Part shown: piece by piece, positions 20,220 to 30,159 of the stretch | Position numbering within the stretch: position 1 is the stretch's first letter | Layout: each line of letters starts with the position of its first letter | DNA from: Chthonomonadia bacterium | GTDB lineage: Bacteria; Armatimonadota; HRBIN16 | Direction of reading: 5' to 3' | Assembly: GCA_013314755.1 (NCBI GenBank) | Contig: JABUFA010000021.1 | Span: 251 to 64,250, forward strand | Length of the DNA stretch: 64,000 bases | Made by a program: the position numbers and the translations under genes | The notes under the pieces: model-generated | What the model saw: the letters and a program-made list of their open reading frames with translations, nothing else | What the model was told of the DNA's origin: nothing | The model's database searches: none

Positions 20220-21887
20220 TCATTCGGGTAGCACCTCCGCCCGCTGCATACTCTTGCGCACATTCCAGGCATACCAGATGGCAAACAGCTGCATGACGAA
20301 CACCAGAATCACAAACCCGCGTACCATCCAGATATGCCAGCCTACCGCCAGACCTACCGCCTCAATGGGGCGGGTGAACAGCTCTCCGGTCAAAAGTGGG
20401 CGCACCACGTTCTCGTAGCCCCATGTACCCAGGATGGCGATAAGGAAAAGCGGGGTAATGTATTTAGCACAGTAGTAGAAGAAGCGAGGGACGTGCAGCA
20501 ACGCTCCCCGGTGCATCTCTTCCCATACTTTGTCTGCGCCGAAAATCCACATCAGGATGACCACTTCAACCAGCGCCATCAACGGTGGTCCGAAGGTGCT
20601 CGACCAGAAGTCGTACACATCCACGCCGCCCTTAATCCAGATAGCGAACTGTACCCCGATGAGCCACAAAACGCCCATCGCGGCAACGGCGCGATTCCGA
20701 CTCAGCCCAAACTCGTCCTCAAGGAAGGCGATAACGGGCTGACACATGGCGACCACCGAGGTCATCGCGGCAAAGAACAACAGCAGGAACCACAGGAACC
20801 CCAGAATGTTACCGAACGGCAGGAAACTGAAGATGGCGGGCATGGACACGAAGCCCAGATAGAAACTGCCCTGAGAGGCTATCGCCTGCGCCGCCGCAAC
20901 GCCGAAGAACGCCGAGGCTGCGGGAAGAGCGATAGATGCCCCCAGCACTACCTCGGCAAAGCTGTTGGAGGCAGTGGTGGAAAGCCCGGTCAGCGTCACA
21001 TCGTCTTTCTGGCGCAGGTACGACGCATAGCACTGAATGGCTCCCATGCCCAGGCTCAGCGAGAAGAACACCTGTCCCGCCGCTGCCAGCCACGTTTTGG
21101 AATCCAGCAACACAAATACCTGTTTGCCGTCGCGCTCTACAAACCATTTGGGCTCCCACAGGAACGCAATACCATCCATCACTCCGTACTCTTTGGAGAC
21201 AGGATGCCCCAGCGTGAATACCCGCACAACCAGCGCAATCGCCAGGAGAAACAGTAGCGGCATAGCGATTTTCGCCAGCAGCTCAATACCGCCCGACACA
21301 CCACGTGCCATCAGCCACAACGTAAGCACATAAACGACCGCAAACACCACCAGGGTAAACACCTCTGGACGCAGAAACACGCTGTCCCCCGCACTGCCTG
21401 AGTATTGCGCCAGAAAGTCGTTGTAGGGCTTCAGTACCGTCTGCGAAATCTCTTCGGAGGACATCCCCTCGTGCAGCTGAACCTTCTCCACGTGCGGTAT
21501 CTGCCACAACAGCGTTTTGATGCTATAGCCCAGCGTCCACGAGCCAAGGTAGGAATAGTAGAACAGGATGAGCGTAGGTATAAACAGCCCCAGAACGCCG
21601 AGATACTTAGCAATGGGATGACGCCACATCAGCTGGAACATGGCAGGCGTGGTACCGTGCCCACGTACGCCCCCGTACCTTCCCTGAGTCCACTCCAGCC
21701 ACATGAGAGGGATTGCCATCAGCAACAGGCAGATGAAATAGGGTATGAGGAACGCACCACCACCGTTCGCCGCTGCCTGCCCCGGAAAGCGCAAGAAGTT
21801 GCCCAGTCCGATGGCGTTACCCGCCATCGCCAGCACCAGTCCTATCCGCGTCCCCCAGTGTTCACGCCTCTCACCGTTGTTGCTCAA
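20220..21887 (-). CDS. sodium-dependent transporter (NSS/SNF family)
   Basis: GNAIGLGNFLRFP, NGGGAFLIPY, WLAAAGQVFFSLSLGMG. Confidence 0.92.
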   Translation of the reverse strand: MSNNGERREHWGTRIGLVLAMAGNAIGLGNFLRFPGQAAANGGGAFLIPYFICLLLMAIPLMWLEWTQGRYGGVRGHGTTPAMFQLMWRHPIAKYLGVLGLFIPTLILFYYSYLGSWTLGYSIKTLLWQIPHVEKVQLHEGMSSEEISQTVLKPYNDFLAQYSGSAGDSVFLRPEVFTLVVFAVVYVLTLWLMARGVSGGIELLAKIAMPLLFLLAIALVVRVFTLGHPVSKEYGVMDGIAFLWEPKWFVERDGKQVFVLLDSKTWLAAAGQVFFSLSLGMGAIQCYASYLRQKDDVTLTGLSTTASNSFAEVVLGASIALPAASAFFGVAAAQAIASQGSFYLGFVSMPAIFSFLPFGNILGFLWFLLLFFAAMTSVVAMCQPVIAFLEDEFGLSRNRAVAAMGVLWLIGVQFAIWIKGGVDVYDFWSSTFGPPLMALVEVVILMWIFGADKVWEEMHRGALLHVPRFFYYCAKYITPLFLIAILGTWGYENVVRPLLTGELFTRPIEAVGLAVGWHIWMVRGFVILVFVMQLFAIWYAWNVRKSMQRAEVLPE

Positions 21888-21971
21888 AGCCGTTCATCCC
21901 CTCCTTCCAGTGTCTGACAAAGCAGGTGAGAAAAACTTTCACCACCGAATGGCTGGATTCCTGTTGGAAGG

Positions 21972-23939
21972 TCAAAACGCCGTGCTGATCTGTACCACCG
22001 CTACCCCGCCGCGCTCTTTGTCCGTGCCCAGCAGGGAATAGGAGGCAACCCCCCTCGCATCGTAGGCGATGAACTGGTACAGCGCACGTAACGCCGTGTC
22101 CTCGCCTATATCATACCCTATCCCGAAGGTAATGTAGTGTTCCACCGGCTTTCCGGGCGACGCCAGCCCCGCGCCCGGGTTAAAACGCTTGGCGTCCTTC
22201 AGGTTCCACAGCACCCCTTCGTACCCCAGGCTCAGCGACCAGCGGGGACGCGTCTGCCAGTAGGTGTTCAACACCAGATGGTACACCGTGTCGTCGGTGC
22301 CGAAGCCCGCAGGGGCTGCTGCCTTGCCCGTGCCGGTGTAGAAGCCGCCTCGTGCATCCAGCGCGACACTGCCCAGCCGCGCCCGCAAACCGGCGTCTAT
22401 GCCGCGCAGGTCAGTCGGGTTGTGCCAGTAGCCGATGCGTCCCCAGTAACCGGGAGCGGCGAAATAAGGACGAAAATCCCGATACCCTAGCCACAAGGAG
22501 GTGTTTTCACCCGCGCTGTACTGCACCCTCGCAAGAAAAGCCCAGTTATCTTTATTCAGGCGGTTGTCGCCATGATGTACCAGGTCGCTCTGGGAATAGA
22601 CGACCGCCATGTTCCACCGCTCAGCAGGCGCAAGCTCCGCCTGCCATCCCCACACGTTCACCTGGTTCACCGTTCCGAACGTGGTAGCAATATCTTGCCC
22701 AGCGTCTATCGCCGCGAACTGTGCTCCCACGCTGATGGCACGTCCCAACCGGAAAGTGGCGGAGGCTCCTGCGCTTTGCCGAGCGTGCAGGATGCCGTAG
22801 GGAATGCGGTTGGGTCGTTGGCGCACAGGGTTGCCCGGCTGGAACAGGTTTATCGTATCGTTGCCCGCCGAAACGCGCATGAAATCCGCATAGATATTGG
22901 CATTGACCGTGCTGTGTTTGGCGGCGTAAAGCATCACGCTCGTCAGGTCGGTATCTATCTGAAACTTCAGCCCGTCCATGCTGTAGTAACCGCTATCGTA
23001 GCGGGGGAGCAGGGTATACACGTCCACGTCGGGGCGCCAGAGCGTCAGCGGGGTCATGCGGTTTTCAATCCTGCCGATGGAGATTGCGCCCTGCCTGCCG
23101 AACAGGTACACGGGCAGACGCGCGTTCGCCTTCCACAACAGGAAATCGGTGGCGCCGGGCGCACGCGAGGGCACGACCGCAAACTGCGACGCCGATCGCA
23201 CGTAGGTCAGATAGTTTCCCACCACCAGTCCCGCCTCTGCCTGCATCGCCGGCGCAAGGTCCGCACTAACCAGCAGGTTTAGCTCATGGGTGACGTGCAC
23301 ATTGTTCAGCAATCCGCCAGTCAGGGTGTAGCCGTTGAGGTCGACGGCGTTTCGCCCATCCAGTCCGTGCGCTCCCCGCCCGATAAGGTCTACCGAACCG
23401 CGCATTCGCACGCGCTCGCGCATCTGTTGTTCCAGTGAGCGCACGCGGCTTTCGGAACCGGAAATCTGCTGGCGGAGCTGGCGCACATCCTCGCCCAGCA
23501 CCTGCAGGTCGCGCCCGAATTCATCCAGCAGCCGTTCCAGGGTGCGCACCTGTTCTTCCAGCTTCTTCAATCGCTCGTCTACGTTGTCGGGGAGGCTGCG
23601 CAATTTGTCGCGCTCCTCGGGGGTGAAAACGATGGCAGGTGGAGGCATTACAACAGGCGGCGGAGGCGGTGGAACACGCCTCCTTAACTCTGCCGACAGG
23701 TTGTCCACCTGGCGCAACATCTCCTTCAGCGCGTTGCGCAGGGCGACGGCGAACTCGTAGCGGGTTAAAGGCTGTGTGCCCCGGAAGGAGCCATCGGGGT
23801 AGCCCTTCAGAACGCCCTGCTGAATCAGCGACTGGACGGCATCATACGCCCAGTGCCCTGGCGGCACATCATCGGCGGCGGCAACCGCGCCTATCCACAG
23901 GCTAATTCCAGCCACAACCAGCAGACCGAAGCGATTCAT
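21972..23939 (-). CDS. SLH + coiled-coil + beta-barrel outer-membrane protein (OmpM-like), second copy
   Basis: SLH DVPPGHWAYDAV...GYPDGSFRG...TRYEFA, Pro-rich hinge, coiled coil, beta-rich C-terminus ending in Phe (ISTAF). Start moved to ATG 23939 (GGAGG). Confidence 0.8.
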   Translation of the reverse strand: MNRFGLLVVAGISLWIGAVAAADDVPPGHWAYDAVQSLIQQGVLKGYPDGSFRGTQPLTRYEFAVALRNALKEMLRQVDNLSAELRRRVPPPPPPVVMPPPAIVFTPEERDKLRSLPDNVDERLKKLEEQVRTLERLLDEFGRDLQVLGEDVRQLRQQISGSESRVRSLEQQMRERVRMRGSVDLIGRGAHGLDGRNAVDLNGYTLTGGLLNNVHVTHELNLLVSADLAPAMQAEAGLVVGNYLTYVRSASQFAVVPSRAPGATDFLLWKANARLPVYLFGRQGAISIGRIENRMTPLTLWRPDVDVYTLLPRYDSGYYSMDGLKFQIDTDLTSVMLYAAKHSTVNANIYADFMRVSAGNDTINLFQPGNPVRQRPNRIPYGILHARQSAGASATFRLGRAISVGAQFAAIDAGQDIATTFGTVNQVNVWGWQAELAPAERWNMAVVYSQSDLVHHGDNRLNKDNWAFLARVQYSAGENTSLWLGYRDFRPYFAAPGYWGRIGYWHNPTDLRGIDAGLRARLGSVALDARGGFYTGTGKAAAPAGFGTDDTVYHLVLNTYWQTRPRWSLSLGYEGVLWNLKDAKRFNPGAGLASPGKPVEHYITFGIGYDIGEDTALRALYQFIAYDARGVASYSLLGTDKERGGVAVVQISTAF

Positions 23940-24010
23940 GGCATGACCTCCCAAGCGCGAGGGGTTGGAAAAAGTTTCGCGATACATAGATGCTTTCCTG
24001 CTGGTTCAGC

Positions 24011-24043
24011 AACGAAAACCCCCTCCGGGCTTGCCGGAGGGGG
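24011..24043 (-). terminator. Rho-independent terminator
   Basis: Minus strand CCCCCTCCGG-CAAGC-CCGGAGGGGG followed by TTTTCGTT, between the two SLH genes. Confidence 0.85.
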
Positions 24044-24064
24044 TGTGGATGCGGACAGTTCCGA

Positions 24065-25978
24065 TTAGAACTTCACGCCGAACTGCGCCACGGCAACGCC
24101 TGCCTTGGCTTTGCCACCGCCCCACCAGACGCCTTTACCGTCAAAGTCCACGACCTGGTAGAGCAGTTTGAGCAGGGCGTTGTCGCTGACCTTGTAGTCC
24201 ACGCCCAGGGTGACGTAGTTCTCCACGGGCTTGGCGCCAGCGGCGGAAGTCTTGAGATTCCACAGAACGCCCTCGTACGAGACGTTCAGGTTCAGCTTCT
24301 CGCTGGCGTTCCACAGCACGCCGGCTGCGATGTGGGTAATCTCATCATCCTTGCCGACGAAGCTCGCCGGGCGGTCGCTGCCCTTGTAGAAGCCGCCCTT
24401 CGCATCGATGGCGATGGACCCCAGCTTCCATGCCAGCGCGACGTCCGCGCCCTTGATGTCGGTGGGGTTGTGCCAGTAGCCGATGCGTCCCCAGTAACCG
24501 GGGGCGGCGAAGTACGGGCGCACCTCACGATAGCCTGCGCTCAGCGTCAGGTTCTCGCCGAAGTTGTAGCCAACGCCCACGAGCAGCGCCCAGTTGTCCT
24601 TGTTGTTGACGTTGCTCTCCTGCAGGAGCAGGTCGCTCTGGGCGTAGTCGGCAGTGATGGTCAGCCGGTCGATCAGGTTCGCCTTCAGGTGACCGCCGTA
24701 TACGTTCAGGCGGTTCACGTTGCCGAAGGGTGCAACATTGATGGTACCCAGTTTGGCGGTTATCACTTCACCGCTGAGGCTCACCTTCTCGCCGAGGTTG
24801 ATGTCCACGGTTGCACCCGCGCTGCTGTCAAACGCGCCGATGCCCGCTACCGTGCCAGTAGCTGGATGAGCGGCAGCGATGTTCGGCGTACCGCCGATGC
24901 CACCGTTGAGGGACATGAAGTTGCCACCGTTGTTGGTGGTGACGGAGCTGTTGCGTGCGGCGAACAGCCCAATCTGCACCGAGCCGATGCCGACGGTGGC
25001 TTTGGCACCGTCCATGCTGTAGTAGCCGTTGTCGTAGCGATCGATGGTGGTGTAGACATCCACATCGGGTCGCCACAGGGTCAGCGGGCTGATGCGGTTC
25101 TCGAAGCGACCGATGGTCAAGCCGACCTCGGTGCCGAACACGCTAATCGGCGCGTTGACCGCAGCTTTCCACAGCACGATGTCGGTGTTGGTTGCCGCCG
25201 GGCGAGCCGCGAACTGCGATGCGGAGCCAAGGTAGGGCAGCCAGTTGCCGACCACGAGGCTCACATCCGCCGAGGCGGTCTCGCCGAGCTTGCTGCTGAT
25301 GTTCAGTCCCAGCTCGTGCAGTACCTCGAGGTTGCCCAGCAAGCCACCTGGCGCGGTGGGTTGAGCGTTCAGGTCAACAGCGGTCTTGTTGTCGATGCTG
25401 TTGGTGCCGCGCGCCACGAAGGTCACATCGCCCGTGATGCGCACGCGCTTCAGCTCTTCCTCAATCGCCTCCACGCGCCGGCGCAGGCTGGCGAGGTCGC
25501 GCTTGGCGGATTCCACATCCACGCCCAGCGAAGCCATCTCGTCCTGGAACTCGGTGGCAAGCCGGTTAATCCGCGCAATTGCCTCCTCCAGCTTCTGCAG
25601 GCGGTCAGCGGTGTCTGCAGGGATCCTGCCCAGCTTGGCTCTCTCCTCTGCGGTGAACACCTCGCCGCGCTGAGGCTGGGGCTGAGGCTGCGGCTGAGGC
25701 GTGGGTGTGGGGCGAATCTGCGACCGCACCTCGTCAATCTGCTGGCGGAGCGCTGCGATCGCATCGCGGATGGCGATGGCGAACTCGTAGCGCGTCATGG
25801 GAACCTTGCCCTTGAAGGTGCCATCCGGATAGCCCTTCAGCACACCGAGCTCCATCAGCTCCGCAATGGCGTCGTAAGCCCAGTGCCCGCTTGGAACATC
25901 CGGGGGCACCTGTGCCCGGGCGCTGCCCGCGAAGGTAATCGCGATGGCGACACCCAAGCCGATCAACAGACGTTTCAT
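24065..25978 (-). CDS. SLH + coiled-coil + beta-barrel outer-membrane protein (OmpM-like), probable major copy
   Basis: SLH DVPSGHWAYDAI...GYPDGTFKG...TRYEFA, PQPQPQ hinge, coiled coil, ends FGVKF. Strong C/G-ending codon bias; strong RBS AAGGAGGAGG. Confidence 0.85.
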   Translation of the reverse strand: MKRLLIGLGVAIAITFAGSARAQVPPDVPSGHWAYDAIAELMELGVLKGYPDGTFKGKVPMTRYEFAIAIRDAIAALRQQIDEVRSQIRPTPTPQPQPQPQPQRGEVFTAEERAKLGRIPADTADRLQKLEEAIARINRLATEFQDEMASLGVDVESAKRDLASLRRRVEAIEEELKRVRITGDVTFVARGTNSIDNKTAVDLNAQPTAPGGLLGNLEVLHELGLNISSKLGETASADVSLVVGNWLPYLGSASQFAARPAATNTDIVLWKAAVNAPISVFGTEVGLTIGRFENRISPLTLWRPDVDVYTTIDRYDNGYYSMDGAKATVGIGSVQIGLFAARNSSVTTNNGGNFMSLNGGIGGTPNIAAAHPATGTVAGIGAFDSSAGATVDINLGEKVSLSGEVITAKLGTINVAPFGNVNRLNVYGGHLKANLIDRLTITADYAQSDLLLQESNVNNKDNWALLVGVGYNFGENLTLSAGYREVRPYFAAPGYWGRIGYWHNPTDIKGADVALAWKLGSIAIDAKGGFYKGSDRPASFVGKDDEITHIAAGVLWNASEKLNLNVSYEGVLWNLKTSAAGAKPVENYVTLGVDYKVSDNALLKLLYQVVDFDGKGVWWGGGKAKAGVAVAQFGVKF

Positions 25979-26218
25979 CGTACCCTCCTCCTTTACAGGA
26001 AGTGTAGTGTACCGTTAGGGGCACGCACTTCCAGAACGAGGAGACACACCTTTCGCGGGCATCGCGTGATGGAGCCTTCCAAGGTTACCTCCCATACGCT
26101 CTGCTACCGCTCTGGGGTGCGCTCCCGCTCCCTTCCGAGAGTGCCCCTTATGCATTCACCGCTTTCGCGGTGGGAATGCCAGATTCCTGCCGACTTCAGG
26201 CTCGTTTTACCAGGTTCA
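25979..26218 (-). promoter_or_regulatory. long structured 5' leader of the SLH-porin gene
   Basis: About 240 nt between promoter and ATG, with several stems (see findings). Confidence 0.55.
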
Positions 26219-26224
26219 TTAACT

Positions 26225-26253
26225 ACTATACCACGACCCTGTGCAAACGTCAA
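26225..26253 (-). promoter_or_regulatory. sigma70-type promoter with extended -10
   Basis: Minus strand TTGACG-17 bp-TATAGT, preceded by TGG. Confidence 0.8.
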
Positions 26254-26404
26254 GCAGTTACCAGTGATTTTGCCGAAAAAGTTGTTTTACCCTACTTTTC
26301 CGGTCGCGGTATTCCGCATACATTGACGAAGCGCATCGAACATCGGTTATCATGATGTTACTCCGTATTTTCGCCGAATATCTTACAGGAGGGGAACGCT
26401 GACG

Positions 26405-27325
26405 TTGGCACGACGGGTAGTGGAGTGTGTACCGAACTTCAGCGAGGGGCGCAACCATGATACAGTCGCCGCACTGGCAGAAGCCGTGCGCGAGGTGTCG
26501 GGCGTTCGTTTAGCTCAGGTGTCGGCGGACCCCGACCATCACCGCACCGTGCTGACCTTTTTGGGCGAGCCAGAATCGGTAGCGGAAGCGGCTTTTCGGT
26601 GTGCCCGGGTAGCTGTGGAGCGCATAGACCTGCGTCTTCATCAGGGCGTACATCCGCGCATCGGCGCGGTGGACGTGATGCCTTTTATCCCACTGAGGGA
26701 GATAACGATGTCCGAATGCGCGCAGCTGGCACGGGAGGTGGGCTATCGCATCGCACACGAGCTGGACGTACCCGTCTACTTCTACGAGCACTCCGCCCTG
26801 CCGGGCAAACCTTCCGACCTGCCCACCATTCGGCGTGGCGGCTTTGAAGCGTGGGTCGGGCGACCGCTGACGGGTAGTCGCGCTCCAGATGCAGGACCGA
26901 CGTTCCTCCACCCGACGGCTGGTGCGACCATTGTGGGCGCGCGCGGTCCGCTTATCGCTTTCAATATCAATCTGGATACAGCGCGCGTGGAGGTAGCACA
27001 GCACATCGCTCGCACCATTCGCCAGCAACGCGCTCATATTCCTCAACTGGCTGGCGTACGCGCTCTGGGACTTTTCCTGCCTTCGCGCGGCATCGCCCAG
27101 GTTTCGCTGAACCTGACCCAGCCTGAGCAAAGCCCGCTGTGGTGGGTGGTGGAGTACGTGCGCACGCTGGCTGAAGAGCAGGGCGTGCAGATTCGGGAGA
27201 CGGAGCTGATAGGGCTTGCACCCGCCTCGGCAATCGCCGGCGTGGCGGCGCAGTCTCTGAAAAACCCGTACTTGCGCGAAGAGCATATTCTGGAGCTGTG
27301 GATGGACCCCGAATGGAATCGCTGA
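26405..27325 (+). CDS. ftcD: glutamate formimidoyltransferase
   Basis: VECVPNFSEGR, DPDHHRTV, HQGVHPRIGAVDVMPF, GARGPLIAFNINL. Confidence 0.92.
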   Translation: MARRVVECVPNFSEGRNHDTVAALAEAVREVSGVRLAQVSADPDHHRTVLTFLGEPESVAEAAFRCARVAVERIDLRLHQGVHPRIGAVDVMPFIPLREITMSECAQLAREVGYRIAHELDVPVYFYEHSALPGKPSDLPTIRRGGFEAWVGRPLTGSRAPDAGPTFLHPTAGATIVGARGPLIAFNINLDTARVEVAQHIARTIRQQRAHIPQLAGVRALGLFLPSRGIAQVSLNLTQPEQSPLWWVVEYVRTLAEEQGVQIRETELIGLAPASAIAGVAAQSLKNPYLREEHILELWMDPEWNR

Positions 27326-29307
27326 ACATCGCACAGATAGCGCTGAGACTGGTGTTCGCGCTGGCGGTGGTGATATGGGGGTGGTACACTCCGCCTCTTC
27401 AGCAGATGATCACAGGCATTGCCGGGGGAGCTCTGCTGTTGACGGCGGTCAAGCCCGGCGGTCGGCTGGCGGTGCTTCTGGACGTGCTGGCGGTATCTGT
27501 CTTGCAGGTCTATTCCCCGCTGTGGCTTCCGCTGGGGGCATGGACAATTGCGGTGCATCGGCGATATGCACGGTCCGCGGCACTCCTGCTGATTCCTGCT
27601 CTCTTCATACGCGCATGGCTGGTGGACGAAAGCTTCCTGGGATGGGCGATTCTGCTCGGGCTGGTGTGGGGCTATCTCGGTTTCACTCTATCTGAACAGC
27701 GCAAAGAGGGCGAAGAGGACATCGGGTTGCTGTTGCCCCTGCCCGACGACCTGCGCGAGCAGTGGGAACAGGAGCGTGAGGCACATCGCCAGCTGCGCTA
27801 TCAGTACCAGGAGCTGGTGGGCGCACACCGCCACCTGCTGGCGCAACGCCAGATAGACCGCGCCTGCCTGCAGATTCTGCGAATCGCCCTCACCGCCGAG
27901 GGACAGCGCGAGGGAGTTCGCCAGATGCTCTCCGTGCTGTGTGACGTCACCGGGGCCGAAGAGGGGGCACTGTGGGTGCTTGAGGAGGCGCCATCCGCTC
28001 TGCGACTGGCGTATGCACCGGCTTCGCGCGAAGTCTCCCCGGTGATACCTCTGCCACACACGCAGGAAAAAGGCTTTGCCCAAGCAGTTCTGGAACGGCT
28101 TCGCAACGCCCTTCAGGCACAGGACGCCGGTATGAGCCTCTCCCTTCTGCAGGACGAGAAGGGGGTTGTAGGCGCGGTAGCTCTGTTTCATCAGCAGGAT
28201 AGTAAGACCGAATTCGCCAGCGATGAACGCTTTCGCCAAGTGCGCGAAACCCTTTCGCTTGCCGTGCGTGCAGTTCTCGAGCATCATGCCATCCTCCAGC
28301 AAAACCGGATGCTGAACGCGCTGTATGAGATTGGGCGGTTGTTGCTGGAGTCGCAATCTGTAGAAGATTCCGCCGGCAAGTTTACCTCCGTGGTGGCAGA
28401 GCTACTGCCTGCTCCGTTTATCACCCTTTATCTGCGCGACCGGGATACCGGCACGTTACGGATAGCCGCCTGCGTGGGCGAGCCCATCCAGTGGGCGGAT
28501 GACGACCAAACCGGCGACGACGAGAGCGTGCTCTCGCGCATCGTGCAGAACGCTCAACCGCTGTACCTGCCTCACGCCTCCGCCGAGCCGAGGCTTATCC
28601 GTTACGCCTCCAAACGGCTTTTTGCCAGCCTGATCGGTGCGCCCCTGCTGGCGCGGGAGCGCGTGGAGGGTGTTCTGCTTGCTGGACATCCTCAACCGGG
28701 TTACTTTGGTGAGCACCATCTGGAGACGCTTATCTCTGCTGCGAATCAGTTCGCCCAGGTGATGGAGGTCTCTCGCCTGACTCGCTCGGTGGGGTTGCTG
28801 GCGTTAACCGATGGTTTGACCGGGCTGTTCAATCGCCGGTATCTGGAATTGCGTCTGGACGAAGAGGTTCGCCGCAGCCAGCGATACGGCAAACGGTTCA
28901 GCCTGATACTGATAGACGTGGACCACTTCAAGCGCATCAACGACACCTGGGGACATGCGACGGGCGACCTGGTCCTGCAGACGGTCGGGCGTATTCTCTC
29001 AGATAATCTGCGGGAAACCGAGCTGGTTTTCCGCTATGGCGGCGAGGAGCTGCTCATTCTTCTACCTGAAACCCCTTTGAAGCAGGCAGTGGAAGTCGCC
29101 CGGCGACTGTGCCAGGTGGTGGCAAACTATCCGTTCCGTACGGTGGACGGCATGAAGACGTTCAGAGTCACCCTCAGCGCGGGGGTGGCGGAGTATCCCA
29201 CGCACGGAACCGACAAACTGACCCTGCTCGCCGCCGCCGACCGCGCCCTGTATCTGGCGAAACAGCAGGGGCGCAACCGGGTGGAGATGTTATCTCCCGC
29301 CGCCTGA
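27313..29307 (+). CDS. membrane-anchored GAF-GAF-GGDEF diguanylate cyclase
   Basis: N-terminal TMs, two GAF-like regions, TDGLTGLFNRR, DVDHFKRINDTWGH, RYGGEEL. Confidence 0.9.
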   Translation: MESLNIAQIALRLVFALAVVIWGWYTPPLQQMITGIAGGALLLTAVKPGGRLAVLLDVLAVSVLQVYSPLWLPLGAWTIAVHRRYARSAALLLIPALFIRAWLVDESFLGWAILLGLVWGYLGFTLSEQRKEGEEDIGLLLPLPDDLREQWEQEREAHRQLRYQYQELVGAHRHLLAQRQIDRACLQILRIALTAEGQREGVRQMLSVLCDVTGAEEGALWVLEEAPSALRLAYAPASREVSPVIPLPHTQEKGFAQAVLERLRNALQAQDAGMSLSLLQDEKGVVGAVALFHQQDSKTEFASDERFRQVRETLSLAVRAVLEHHAILQQNRMLNALYEIGRLLLESQSVEDSAGKFTSVVAELLPAPFITLYLRDRDTGTLRIAACVGEPIQWADDDQTGDDESVLSRIVQNAQPLYLPHASAEPRLIRYASKRLFASLIGAPLLARERVEGVLLAGHPQPGYFGEHHLETLISAANQFAQVMEVSRLTRSVGLLALTDGLTGLFNRRYLELRLDEEVRRSQRYGKRFSLILIDVDHFKRINDTWGHATGDLVLQTVGRILSDNLRETELVFRYGGEELLILLPETPLKQAVEVARRLCQVVANYPFRTVDGMKTFRVTLSAGVAEYPTHGTDKLTLLAAADRALYLAKQQGRNRVEMLSPAA

Positions 29308-29310
29308 CCG

Positions 29311-29898
29311 TTACTGCAGGGAAACCTCCTCCAGCGCGACCAGCCGGGCACCCCGGCTCCGCATCTCGTTCAGCGCCTTCTCGCTGTCGCCGGGCTGAAC
29401 GTCAACCCCGCGCACCGCATCGCGAAGCACCAGCACCTCGAAACCCCGCTCCAGCGCATCCAGCACCGACGCCCGCACACAGTAGTCGGTCGCCAGTCCA
29501 CCCACCACCAGCCGGCGGATGCCTCGCTCCTTCAGCAGGTCTTCCAGCGATGTGCCATCTTCGGTGCGCGCGTCGAAGGCAGAGTAGGCGTCTTCGTTCT
29601 CGCCCATTCCCTTAGAGACCACGATGGCTCCCTCCGGCAGGCGAAGGTCGGGGTGGAACTGCGCGCCCGGCGTGTTCTGCACACAGTGCACGGGCCACTG
29701 TCCTCCGTACTGGGCGAAGTGAGTGCTCTTCTCGGGGTGCCAGTCGCGCGAGGCGATAACGGGTGCACCCGCCTGCTGGAACCGCTCGATCGCACGGTTC
29801 AGCACCGGCACGACTTTATCTCCTTCGGGCACGGGCAACGCACCACCCGGGCAGAAATCGTTCTGTACGTCCACTATCAGCAACGCGGTGTGTGCCAT
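29311..29898 (-). CDS. pncA: nicotinamidase/pyrazinamidase
   Basis: IVDVQNDFCPGGAL, DWHP, WPVHCV, YSAF, GLATDYCV. Start moved to ATG 29898. Confidence 0.92.
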   Translation of the reverse strand: MAHTALLIVDVQNDFCPGGALPVPEGDKVVPVLNRAIERFQQAGAPVIASRDWHPEKSTHFAQYGGQWPVHCVQNTPGAQFHPDLRLPEGAIVVSKGMGENEDAYSAFDARTEDGTSLEDLLKERGIRRLVVGGLATDYCVRASVLDALERGFEVLVLRDAVRGVDVQPGDSEKALNEMRSRGARLVALEEVSLQ

Positions 29899-29998
29899 TC
29901 GCTTACCACCTCCTCCAGAGCCAGTATACCCAAAACTCTGCTGGGCTGGGCAACGCCTCGAGTTTTTGTCCAGATTTTTGCAAAGGTGCTCCAATTGC

Positions 29999-30028
29999 TT
30001 GACAAGCGAGGCACTCCGCTTCTATAGT
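29999..30028 (+). promoter_or_regulatory. sigma70-type promoter for pilT
   Basis: TTGACA-18 bp-TATAGT. Confidence 0.6.
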
Positions 30029-30159
30029 ATATACAGATGCTCATTCCCAGAAACGGTGACAAGAGAAGAGAGGGGAATATCTGCATCTTCGCTGGTTTGT
30101 TATTGCAGTCGCACGTCAACCCGCCCCGGCAAGGGGCAAAATGCAAGGAGGGTGTTGGT

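Noticed and set aside
21888-21971. Possible glycine riboswitch upstream of the transporter-gcv genes
   Set aside because: Only a small GGTGA/TCACC hairpin; the glycine aptamer motifs are absent and the space is too short.
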